Positions 28,648 to 37,249 of a stretch of DNA of 64,000 nt are shown piece after piece. The position numbers and the translations under genes were made by a program. The notes under the pieces were generated by a model. That model ran no database searches. It saw only the letters and a list, made by a program, of their open reading frames with translations, and was not told the DNA's origin. Within the stretch, counting starts at the first letter, position 1. Every line of letters begins with the position of its first letter. Source of the stretch: Betaproteobacteria bacterium (GTDB lineage: Bacteria > Pseudomonadota > Gammaproteobacteria > Burkholderiales > SG8-41); NCBI GenBank assembly GCA_016868035.1, contig VGID01000017.1, forward strand, positions 430 to 64,429. The letters are read 5' to 3'.

Positions 28648-29990
28648 GCGACCCTGTGATCGCCCTCATCATGCTCGGGATCCTGGTCTTCACGATCATG
28701 ATCGGGTTCCCCGTCGCCTTCACGCTGATGGCGCTGGGAGTGGGATTCGGCTACTACGCGTACTACGTTCCGGATCAGGCTTTCTTCGACAGCCGCGTGT
28801 TCTACCTGCTCACGCAGAACACCTTCACCGTGCTCAACAGCGACGTGCTGGTGGCGGTGCCGCTGTTTCTCTTCATGGGCTACATGGTCGAGCGCTCGAA
28901 CATCCTCGACAAGTTGTTCTACAGCGTGCAGCTTGCGCTCCGGCGCATTCCCGGCTCGCTCGCCATCGCGACGCTCGTCACCTGCGCGATGTTCGCGACC
29001 GCGACCGGCATCGTCGGCGCGGTGGTAACGCTGATGGGGCTCCTCGCCTTTCCCCAGATGCTCAAGGCCGGCTACGATGTGCGGCTCGCCTCGGGGGTGG
29101 TGTGCGCCGGCGGCTGCCTCGGAATCATGATTCCGCCTTCGATCCTGCTGATCGTGTATGGCGCGATGGCCGGGCTATCGGTGGTCCAGCTCTACGCCGC
29201 GGCGTTATTGCCAGGCTTCCTGCTCGCCGTGATGTATATTGTCTTCGTCATAATCCTGGCGTTATTCAGGCCGAAGCTCGCACCGTCCTTGCCGAAGGAG
29301 GACGCCACGATTCCCGTCGCAAGGGTATTGCTGCTTCTGGTAACTTCGTTCGTTCCGCTGGCGGTGATGATCCTGTGCGTGCTGGGCGCGATCATGTTCG
29401 GGCTGGCGACGCCAACCGAGGCGGCCGCGGTCGGCGCTTTCGGCGCCATCTTGCTCTCGGCGGCCTACGGGGCGTTTCGCTGGGGAAGGCTGAAGGAATC
29501 GGTGTTCCTCACCGCGCGCACTTCCGCGATGGTGTGCTTTCTCTTCGTCGGCTCGGCGACGTTCGCGGGCGTTTTCAGCTACCTCGGCGGCGAGGGCATC
29601 ATCAAGACGTTCGTGCTGAGCCTCGATCTCAATCCGATCACGTTCCTCATTGTCTCGCAGTTCATCATCTTTCTGCTCGGCTGGCCGCTGGAATGGACCG
29701 AGATCATCATCATCTTCGTGCCGATCTTCCTGCCGCTGCTGTCCCACTTCAACATCGACCCCTTGCTCTTCGGCATCCTGGTCGCGTTGAACCTGCAGAC
29801 CGCGTTCCTGTCGCCGCCGATGGCGATGGCGGCCTACTACCTGAAGGGCGTCACGTCGAAGAATATACTGATCACCCAGATCTTCTGGGGCTGCATACCG
29901 TTCCTGTGCATCGTGGTCGTCTCGATGGTGGTGGTCTACGTGTATCCGGATATTGCGCTGTGGCTGCCGCGCGCGATCTACGGCAACTGA
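28644..29990 (+). CDS. TRAP transporter large permease subunit (DctM-like)
   Basis: 448-aa polytopic protein. LVAVPLFLFMGYMVERS, TGIVGAVVTLMGLLAFPQMLKAGY and GIMIPPSILLIVYG are typical. Confidence 0.9.
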   Translation: MSDPVIALIMLGILVFTIMIGFPVAFTLMALGVGFGYYAYYVPDQAFFDSRVFYLLTQNTFTVLNSDVLVAVPLFLFMGYMVERSNILDKLFYSVQLALRRIPGSLAIATLVTCAMFATATGIVGAVVTLMGLLAFPQMLKAGYDVRLASGVVCAGGCLGIMIPPSILLIVYGAMAGLSVVQLYAAALLPGFLLAVMYIVFVIILALFRPKLAPSLPKEDATIPVARVLLLLVTSFVPLAVMILCVLGAIMFGLATPTEAAAVGAFGAILLSAAYGAFRWGRLKESVFLTARTSAMVCFLFVGSATFAGVFSYLGGEGIIKTFVLSLDLNPITFLIVSQFIIFLLGWPLEWTEIIIIFVPIFLPLLSHFNIDPLLFGILVALNLQTAFLSPPMAMAAYYLKGVTSKNILITQIFWGCIPFLCIVVVSMVVVYVYPDIALWLPRAIYGN

Positions 29991-29994
29991 CGGG

Positions 29995-31335
29995 ATGCAA
30001 GTTACGCAACTGAACTGGCTTTCAGCATCGGACGCGGCCCGCGCCCTGCGCGACGGGGCGATCAGCTCGGAGCAACTCGTCGAGGCGTGCCTCGCGCGCG
30101 TGCGCCAGGTGGATGCCAACGTGCAGGCCTGGGCCTTTCTCGATCCCGAGCACGCGCTCGCGCAGGCGCGCGCACTCGACGAGCGGCGCAAGGAGGGCGC
30201 ACCCCAGGGCGCGCTGCACGGGGTGCCGGTCGGGGTGAAGGACATCATCGACACGCACGACATGCCGACCGAGGACGGCACGGTGCTGCACGCGGGCCGC
30301 ATGCCGGCGGACGATGCGACGGTGGTGTCCCGGCTGCGCGCAGCCGGTGCGGTGATCATGGGAAAGACGGTCACGACCGAGCTCGCGACCTACGCCCCGG
30401 GCAAGACGCGCAATCCGCATGATGCCGGGCACACGCCGGGCGGCTCTTCGAGCGGCTCCGCGGCGGCGGTCGCCGCCGGCATGATTCCGGCCGCGCTGGG
30501 ATCGCAGACCAACGGCTCGGTGATCCGCCCCGCCGCCTACTGCGGCGTGTACGGCTTCAAGCCGACGCACGGCCTGATATCGCGGCACGGAGTGCTGCGG
30601 CTGTCGCGCACGCTCGATCAGCTGGGCGTGTTTGCGCGCTCGATCGAGGACCTCGCTCTCGTGTGCGAGCAGGCTGTCGGCTACGACGAGCACGACACGG
30701 ATACGTTCCCGCCACGGGCACGGACCCCGTTTTCCGAGATCGCATCCCAGGAACCGCCGCTTCCGCCGCGCATTGCGTTCGTGAAAACACCGATCTGGGA
30801 TGAGACCGAGCCCGAAACGCGCGAAGCATTCGAGGAGCTCACCGGGCAGCTGGGCGATCGCGTCCAGGAATTCACCCTGCCGGAGAATGCGCGCGAGGCG
30901 CTCGACTGGCACCGTACCATCATGGAGGCCGAAATGGCCGCTGGTCTCGTGGCCGAGTACGAGAAGGGGGCCGACAAGTTGAGCGAATCGCTGCGCGGCC
31001 AGCTCGAGCGCGGCCGCCGGATCACGGCCCTGGAATACCAGATCGCGCTGGCGCGCATTCCACAGCTGATCGCGGGCATGTCACGGTTGTTCGACGGATT
31101 TGACGCGATACTTACGCCGGCTGCGGCGGGAACGGCGCCGCACGGCTTGCAGTCCACCGGCAGCCCGGCGTTCTGCACGCTGTGGACGCTGTGCGGGATG
31201 CCGGCGCTCAACCTGCCGCTGATGCAGGGATCGAACGGCCTGCCGCTCGGCGCGCAGCTCGTTGGCGCGCGCCATGACGACGCGCGATTGTTGCGCACCG
31301 CCCGCTGGCTCGCCGCGCAGATCGAGGCGGACTGA
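29995..31335 (+). CDS. Amidase (amidase-signature family)
   Basis: ATG 29995. GVPVGVKDIIDT and GGSSSGSAAAVAAGMIPAALGSQTNGSVIRPAAYCGVYGFKPT (the AS signature). Confidence 0.85.
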   Translation: MQVTQLNWLSASDAARALRDGAISSEQLVEACLARVRQVDANVQAWAFLDPEHALAQARALDERRKEGAPQGALHGVPVGVKDIIDTHDMPTEDGTVLHAGRMPADDATVVSRLRAAGAVIMGKTVTTELATYAPGKTRNPHDAGHTPGGSSSGSAAAVAAGMIPAALGSQTNGSVIRPAAYCGVYGFKPTHGLISRHGVLRLSRTLDQLGVFARSIEDLALVCEQAVGYDEHDTDTFPPRARTPFSEIASQEPPLPPRIAFVKTPIWDETEPETREAFEELTGQLGDRVQEFTLPENAREALDWHRTIMEAEMAAGLVAEYEKGADKLSESLRGQLERGRRITALEYQIALARIPQLIAGMSRLFDGFDAILTPAAAGTAPHGLQSTGSPAFCTLWTLCGMPALNLPLMQGSNGLPLGAQLVGARHDDARLLRTARWLAAQIEAD

Positions 31336-31362
31336 AATAACGGAAGTGCGAAGGGAGACGAT

Positions 31363-31545
31363 ATGGTCCTCAAGATTGTCACCGGAATCATAGCGGTGCT
31401 CTTGCTGCTCGGTTTCGCGGTTCCGTATGTGCTCAAGATGAAGGACATCGCGCTCAGCATCGTCGTCGTGGCCGGGCTGTGCCTGATGTTGTGGGACCTC
31501 TGGGGGTCCCTGCGCGAGGACGGGGACAGCGACAAGGGCGGTTGA
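31363..31545 (+). CDS. Small hypothetical two-TM membrane protein (60 aa)
   Basis: RBS agggag 7 nt upstream of the ATG. Two hydrophobic helices (IVTGIIAVLLLLGFAVPYVL, IALSIVVVAGLCLMLWDLW). No family recognised. Confidence 0.4.
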   Translation: MVLKIVTGIIAVLLLLGFAVPYVLKMKDIALSIVVVAGLCLMLWDLWGSLREDGDSDKGG

Positions 31546-31554
31546 TCCCGCGGC

Positions 31555-32532
31555 ATGAAGCCCAGGATCCTCATCACGCGCGAGGTGTTCAGGGAGGCCA
31601 TCGAATACGTCTCGCAGCACTGCGAGGTCGAGTCGAACCAGGACGACGGTGCGCTCGCGCCGGACGCGCTGGCCCGGAAGCTCGCCGACAAGGACGGCGT
31701 GATGTGCTGTCTTACCGACCGCATCGACGCCGATCTTCTCGCGCGCTGCACGAAGCTCAAGGCGGTGGCGAACATCGCGGTCGGCTACAACAACATCGAT
31801 CTCCCGGCGTGCACGGCACGCGGCGTCATGGCGACCAACACGCCGGGGGTGCTCGATGACTCGACGGCCGATCTTGCGTTCGCGCTCGTGCTCGCGACCG
31901 CGCGGCGGTTGACGGAGGTGGAAGGCTACATCCGGACCGGCGAGTGGACCGGCTGGCGGCTCAAGCAGTGGCTCGGGGTGGACGTGCATCACGCGACGCT
32001 GGGCATCTTCGGCATGGGTCGCATCGGGCAGGTCATCGCCCGGCGCGCGGCCGGTTTCGATATGAAAGTGCTCTACCACAACCGCAAGCGGGTGGCGCCC
32101 GAGATCGAGCGGCGCCTCAACGCGACCTTCGCGACCAAGGATGCGCTGCTCGGGCAGTCCGACTTCGTGGTGCTGCAGGTCCCGTACTCGAAGGAGACGC
32201 ACCACCTGATCGGGGCCGCGGAGTTGAAGCTCATGAAGCCGACGGCGATCCTCGTCAATTCCACGCGCGGCGGCGTGGTGGATGACGGGGCGCTGGTGGC
32301 GGCGCTGAAGAGCGGAGCGATCCGGGGCGCGGGGCTCGACGTGTTCGAGAACGAGCCCAGGCTCAACCCGGGGTTCCTCGAGCTGAAGAACGTCGTGCTG
32401 GCTCCGCACATCGGGAGCTCGACCGAGGCGACGCGCCTTGCGATGGCGATGACCGCCGCGAAGAACCTCGTCGCCGCGCTCACCGGGGGCGTGCCGCCGA
32501 ACCTGCTCAATCCCGAGGCGCGCCAGAGCTAG
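31555..32532 (+). CDS. D-isomer-specific 2-hydroxyacid dehydrogenase (glyoxylate/hydroxypyruvate reductase-like)
   Basis: GIFGMGRIGQVIARR (NAD fold), LVNSTRGGVVDD and APHIGSSTEATR are typical of the GhrB-like family. Confidence 0.85.
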   Translation: MKPRILITREVFREAIEYVSQHCEVESNQDDGALAPDALARKLADKDGVMCCLTDRIDADLLARCTKLKAVANIAVGYNNIDLPACTARGVMATNTPGVLDDSTADLAFALVLATARRLTEVEGYIRTGEWTGWRLKQWLGVDVHHATLGIFGMGRIGQVIARRAAGFDMKVLYHNRKRVAPEIERRLNATFATKDALLGQSDFVVLQVPYSKETHHLIGAAELKLMKPTAILVNSTRGGVVDDGALVAALKSGAIRGAGLDVFENEPRLNPGFLELKNVVLAPHIGSSTEATRLAMAMTAAKNLVAALTGGVPPNLLNPEARQS

Positions 32533-32558
32533 AACCCGTCTCGAAAACCGGAAACAAG

Positions 32559-32653
32559 TTCATCCGCAGATAAACGCAGATAGACGCGGATGAAATCTTC
32601 CGAGGTGCCCCAGGGGTTTGAACCATCGGCGTGTATCGGCGTTCATCGGCGGT
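32559..32653. repeat. Intergenic repeat: 9-bp-stem hairpin plus a 3 x 10-bp ATCGGCG-type decamer array
   Basis: Hairpin TTCATCCGC-N18-GCGGATGAA at 32559-32594. CATCGGCGTGTATCGGCGTTCATCGGCGGT at 32624-32653 recurs with one mismatch at 58185-58214. The hairpin region read on the minus strand is a diverged copy of the same decamer pattern. Confidence 0.6.
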
Positions 32654-32738
32654 ATTGAGCTGTTCTTGACATGGCTTCTGGTCATGCTCCGGCACGCCGG
32701 TTGCGCGGCGCCGATGGCACGGGCGACTCCTTCCGACG

Positions 32739-33698
32739 ATGAGTTATTCCTCCCAGCTCGCCAACCTCATGATCGAGGTCATGCTGCCCGTGAGCCTGCT
32801 GGTGGCGGTAGGCGGGCTCTGGCCGCGCTTCTTTCGCGACACCCCGGTGGAGGGCGCTCGCTCGCTGCTCAACCGGATGGTGATGTACCTCTTCCTGCCC
32901 TGCATCATGTTCTCCGTGGCTTCCACCACTGCGATATCCGCCGAGCTGCTGTCGGTGCCGCTGCTGGTGGGCATCGGCTCGCTCGCCTCGGGCGGGCTGA
33001 TCTATGTGATGGTCTACCGCACGCCGATCGGGCGCGGGCTACCGGACGCGACGCGCGCGATCCTCGTGGTCGGCGGCATGTTCGGCAACACCTTCAACAT
33101 CGGCGTGCCGGTACTGGTGTTCTTTTACGGCCTGGAGGCCACGCGCTACGCGGTGTTCAACGACATGCTGATGACGATGCCCCTCGTCTGGAGCATCGGC
33201 GTGTGGATCTGCACGAGGCTTGGTACACACGGCAAGGCAGGTGAGCCGTCGGTATGGCGCGTGACGCTTTCGATGCCACCGATCTGGGCCTTCGTGCTGG
33301 GTACGACCTTGCAGCAGACGGGGTTGGCCTTCGCGCCGCTCACGGCCGCAACATGGTTCATCGGGCAGGCCACGATACCGGTCACGCTGTTCGTGCTTGG
33401 GATGACGATACCGTGGCGCGAGCTCACGCCGCGCGTCGAGATCCTGTCGGCGGGGATGGTGAAATTGCTGGCGACGCCCCTGATCGTTTGGGCCGCTGCG
33501 AAAATGCTGTATGGTTCGATGGGCGAGGCGCAGTACGCTTCGGTCGTGGAGGGTACGACGCCGGCGATGATGACGACCCTGCTGCTCGCGGACCGCTTCC
33601 GTCTCGATTCCGGGGCCGCTGCGCTGCTGATCGGCTGGACGACCATACTTTTCTGGCTCACCCTGCCCTTGATCATGGCGCTGGGACTGATACGCTGA
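32739..33698 (+). CDS. AEC-family (auxin efflux carrier-like) membrane transporter
   Basis: 319-aa protein with about 10 TM helices. The N-terminus MIEVMLPVSLLVAVGGLWPRFF and the overall architecture fit the AEC/Mem_trans family. Confidence 0.75.
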   Translation: MSYSSQLANLMIEVMLPVSLLVAVGGLWPRFFRDTPVEGARSLLNRMVMYLFLPCIMFSVASTTAISAELLSVPLLVGIGSLASGGLIYVMVYRTPIGRGLPDATRAILVVGGMFGNTFNIGVPVLVFFYGLEATRYAVFNDMLMTMPLVWSIGVWICTRLGTHGKAGEPSVWRVTLSMPPIWAFVLGTTLQQTGLAFAPLTAATWFIGQATIPVTLFVLGMTIPWRELTPRVEILSAGMVKLLATPLIVWAAAKMLYGSMGEAQYASVVEGTTPAMMTTLLLADRFRLDSGAAALLIGWTTILFWLTLPLIMALGLIR

Positions 33699-33758
33699 TT
33701 CTCGGTCCGGGAACGAGCGGGCCGAGACACGCCTAGGATACGAAGGGAGGCGCACCAC

Positions 33759-34631
33759 GTGAAACTTGGATTTATCGGCCTGGGCGCGATGGGAAGGCCG
33801 ATGGTGCTCAACCTGATGAAGCACGGCCATTCGATGGGCGTCTACGCGAGGCGCGCCGAGTCGGCCGCGCCGCTCACCGCCGCGGGCGCGCGTCTCCATC
33901 CGAGCCCGGCGGCGCTCGCGCGCGAGGCCGAGGTGCTCTTCACCATGGTGACGAACTCGAGCGATGTCGAGGAAATCGCGTTAGGGAAGGAGGGAATCAT
34001 CCACGGCGCGCGCGCGGGCAGCGTGCTGGTGGACATGGAGACGATCGCGCCGGCGGTGGCGCGCGCCGTTGCCCGGGCGTTGGAGAACAAGGGCATCGAC
34101 ATGCTCGATGCCCCGGTGTCGGGCGGGCCGATGGGCGCCGAGCAGGCCTCGCTCTCGATCATGGTCGGCGGTGAGCGCGCGGTTTTCGAGCGCGTGAAGC
34201 CGCTGCTCGAGTGCCTCGGGAAGACGATCGTGCACATGGGCGAGCACGGAGCCGGACAGGTCACCAAGGCGTGCAACCAGCTCGCGCTGCTGGTAACGGC
34301 GCAAGGCGCGGCGGAGGCGCTGGCGCTCGCGGCGCGCTGCGGGTTGGACCCGGCGCGGGTGCGCGAGGTGATGCTGGGCGGGGTGGCCGCGAGCCGGGTG
34401 CTGGAGCTGTTCGGCAAGCGCATGGTTGCGCGCGACTTCGCGGGCGGGATCGAGACCCGGCTCTATCACAAGGACCTGCACATCGTGCTCGATCTCGCGC
34501 ACGAATCCGGACAGGGCGCGCCGGCGGCCGCGCTGGTGATGCAGCATGTCAATGCGATGATGGGCGCGGGCGACGGGAGTAACGACCTGTCGGCCCTGAT
34601 CAAGGTCTTGGAAAAAATGTGTAAGGAGTGA
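33759..34631 (+). CDS. NAD(P)-dependent 3-hydroxyisobutyrate / 2-hydroxy-3-oxopropionate reductase family oxidoreductase
   Basis: GTG start. KLGFIGLGAMGRPMVLNL (Rossmann fold), DAPVSGGPMGAEQASLSIMVGG and GAGQVTKACNQL. Confidence 0.85.
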   Translation: MKLGFIGLGAMGRPMVLNLMKHGHSMGVYARRAESAAPLTAAGARLHPSPAALAREAEVLFTMVTNSSDVEEIALGKEGIIHGARAGSVLVDMETIAPAVARAVARALENKGIDMLDAPVSGGPMGAEQASLSIMVGGERAVFERVKPLLECLGKTIVHMGEHGAGQVTKACNQLALLVTAQGAAEALALAARCGLDPARVREVMLGGVAASRVLELFGKRMVARDFAGGIETRLYHKDLHIVLDLAHESGQGAPAAALVMQHVNAMMGAGDGSNDLSALIKVLEKMCKE

Positions 34632-34853
34632 ACCATATGGATCTGCCGCAAGACGATTTCGGGCGTGCCGCCGTTGCCACCATCAAGCGGGCGCCGTCGC
34701 GCCAGGGCCTGCAGGATGCAGGAATCCGCTCCGGCGGCCATCGACTCGACGCCGAAAGCAGCACCCGGCCCGCTTCAACTTGACACGGGCGTGGCCGCAA
34801 GTCGCATAATCCTGCGGCGTGACCGGAGACCGACGGTCGCCCGAGGTGGCATC

Positions 34854-35816
34854 GTGTTCCGGCTGAAGATCGTTGGCGCGCAGGTCATGGTCGCCATGCT
34901 CGCGGCCGGTTGCGCGGCCATGCAGCAGCCGGTCGCGGAAATCCCGGGCGCGTTGCCCGGCGCGGCGTTCAAGGACTGCGACGAATGCCCGCTCATGGTC
35001 ATCGTGCCGCCTGGCGAGTTCCTGATGGGCTCACCGCCCGGCGCGGGCCCGCGAGGACGCAGCGAGGGGCCGCAGTTCCCGGCCACGATCCCGCGGCCGG
35101 TCGCCGTGGGGCGCTTCGAAATCACGCGCGACGAGTATGCGGCGTTCATGAGGGACAGCGGATACAATCCGGCGCCGGGCAACTGCTTCTACCTGGACCA
35201 GGAGGCGGGCGCTTGGACGAATGACGATGGCGCAAGGAGCCGGCGCGAACCGGACCACGAGCAGTCGGGCGAGCATCCGGTCGTCTGCGTGAGCTGGGAT
35301 GACGTGAAGGCCTACGCCGGATGGCTGTCGCGCAAGACCGAAAGGCAGTACCGCCTGCTGAGCGAGGTCGAGTGGGAGTACGTCGCGCGCGCGGGTAGCT
35401 CGTCGTCCCGGCCGTGGGGCGACGACCCCGACGAGGCTTGCCGGCACGCGAACGTCGGCGACCTCACGCGCGATCGCGTCGTATGGCTGGGGGCGGGGCA
35501 GAAATGGGCGACGACGCACAACTGCGACGACGGTTTCGGCTTCACCGCTCCTGTCGGCCGTTTCGAGGCCAACCGCTTCGGCCTGCACGACCTGCTGGGC
35601 AACGCCGGCGAATGGGTCGAGGACTGCTGGAACGACACCCACGCGGGCGCGCCCGCGGACGGCAGCGCCCGCGTTTCCGGGAACTGCCGGCTGCGCGTGG
35701 TGCGCGGGGGTGCGTGGAGCACGGGCCCAACTGGCGTGCGCTCCGCACTGCGCTCGGGACATCCAACCGAGATCCGCATCAGCTCGCTCGGCTTTCGGGT
35801 CGCGCGAGACCTGTAA
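34854..35816 (+). CDS. Formylglycine-generating-enzyme (SUMF1/FGE-sulfatase) domain lipoprotein
   Basis: In-frame GTG 34854 precedes a lipoprotein-type signal (..VMVAMLAAGC). HPVVCVSWDDVKAYAGWLS, YRLLSEVEWEYVARAG, GLHDLLGNAGEWVEDCW and VVRGGAW. Start uncertain (the ORF opens at 34665). Confidence 0.8.
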   Translation: MFRLKIVGAQVMVAMLAAGCAAMQQPVAEIPGALPGAAFKDCDECPLMVIVPPGEFLMGSPPGAGPRGRSEGPQFPATIPRPVAVGRFEITRDEYAAFMRDSGYNPAPGNCFYLDQEAGAWTNDDGARSRREPDHEQSGEHPVVCVSWDDVKAYAGWLSRKTERQYRLLSEVEWEYVARAGSSSSRPWGDDPDEACRHANVGDLTRDRVVWLGAGQKWATTHNCDDGFGFTAPVGRFEANRFGLHDLLGNAGEWVEDCWNDTHAGAPADGSARVSGNCRLRVVRGGAWSTGPTGVRSALRSGHPTEIRISSLGFRVARDL

Positions 35817-35918
35817 TCCGAGGGGTGAGGGGTGATGTCTGAGCGAGCGCTGAACACCCGCGTCTCGGCGCCCACCGAGGCGTTCCCGTTTCCTGCTCGC
35901 CTTTTTCCCTGAACGCCC

Positions 35919-36923
35919 ATGAGTTTCACGGCTCACGAAGAAGCATTTCCGCGCCTGCACCGCTCCGAGCTGTTCGCGCCGGGGGCGACGCCCGCATTGT
36001 TCGAAAAGACGCTGCGCGGCGCCGCGGACGTGGTCTGCCTCGACCTCGAGGACGCCGTCGCTCCGGACGAGAAGGAGCGCGCGCGGCGCAATGTGGTGGC
36101 CGCGTTGAATGACATCGACTGGGGCGGGAAGACCGTGAGCGTGCGCATCAACGGCCCCGACACGCACTACATGTATCGCGACGTGATCGAGCTGGTCGAG
36201 AATTGCCCGCGGCTCGACCTGCTGATGATCCCGAAGGTGGGTGTCGCCGCAGACGTCTATGCGCTCGACATGCTGGTGACGCAGATCGAGCGCGCGAAGC
36301 GGCGCGAGGCCGCACGCGCCGCGCAGGGGCGCCACCCGCGCGTCGGTTTCGAGCTTCTGATCGAGACCGCGCTGGGCCTGGCCAACGTCGAGGCGATCGC
36401 GCAGGCGAGCCGCCGGACCGAAGCGATGTGCTTCGGCGCGGGGGATTTCGCGGCCACGATGCGCGCGCCGGCGATGGTGATCGGGGGGCTCAGTCCCGAT
36501 TACGGCGTGCTCGCGGCCGCGAACGCCGGCGCAGAGCGCCGGTTCTTTCCCGGCGACCAATGGCATGGAGCGCAGATGCGGATGGCGGTTGCCTGCCGCG
36601 CGTACGGACTGCGCCCGATCGACGGGGCGTACGCCGATTTCAAGGACCCCGAGGGCTATCTTGCGGCGGCGCGGCGCGCGGCGAGCCTCGGCTACGAGGG
36701 AAAGTTCGCGATCCATCCGTCCCAGGTCGAGCTTGCCAACGCGGTGTACAGCCCCTCGGCACAGGATCTCGAGCGCGCGCGGCGCATCGTCGCGGCGATG
36801 GAGCAGGCCGCGCGCGAAGGACGGGCGGCGGTGCAGCTCGACGGACGCATGGTGGACATCGCCAACATCCGCATGGCGCAGAACCTGCTGCGGCGCGCGA
36901 AGCAGGGCGCGGAAACACGTTGA
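35919..36923 (+). CDS. HpcH/HpaI aldolase / citrate-lyase beta family, L-malyl-CoA/beta-methylmalyl-CoA lyase-like
   Basis: LFAPGATPALFEKTLRGAADVVCLDLEDAVAPDEK, SVRINGPDTHYMYRDV, MIPKVGVAADVYALDMLVTQIERAK and GKFAIHPSQVELAN closely resemble malyl-CoA lyases as I recall them. Confidence 0.8.
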   Translation: MSFTAHEEAFPRLHRSELFAPGATPALFEKTLRGAADVVCLDLEDAVAPDEKERARRNVVAALNDIDWGGKTVSVRINGPDTHYMYRDVIELVENCPRLDLLMIPKVGVAADVYALDMLVTQIERAKRREAARAAQGRHPRVGFELLIETALGLANVEAIAQASRRTEAMCFGAGDFAATMRAPAMVIGGLSPDYGVLAAANAGAERRFFPGDQWHGAQMRMAVACRAYGLRPIDGAYADFKDPEGYLAAARRAASLGYEGKFAIHPSQVELANAVYSPSAQDLERARRIVAAMEQAAREGRAAVQLDGRMVDIANIRMAQNLLRRAKQGAETR

Positions 36924-37249
36924 GCAGGAGCACACGTCCGGGCGGATGCGCTCCACTCGCTCAGAGGGCGCTGCTGCCCCGGAGGCGGCAGATGCAAAAC
37001 GCCCCCGCTAACCTCCTGGATGCCCGTGGCGGGTGGTCGCGATGTACCCGACGCGGGAGCCGCGGCACCGAATTTGCAAGCGCATTAGTGGGTTAGGGAG
37101 GCAGTGTGACTTTTTTCCGCTGCGGGCGATCTGCACGCGACGCACGCGACGCTATTGCGCCCGCTCCGGCCCGTGTCACAATCCGCCTTCCACGACGGTA
37201 CCGGGGCCGTCCAAAACTACAACTGGGCTGATCCAGCCCAGGAGCGGCC

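Noticed and set aside
32529-32536. CTAGAACC matching the first 8 nt of the MITE terminal repeat
   Set aside because: Only 8 nt match and no matching inverted end or further similarity follows. It is probably chance (it overlaps the TAG stop of the dehydrogenase gene).
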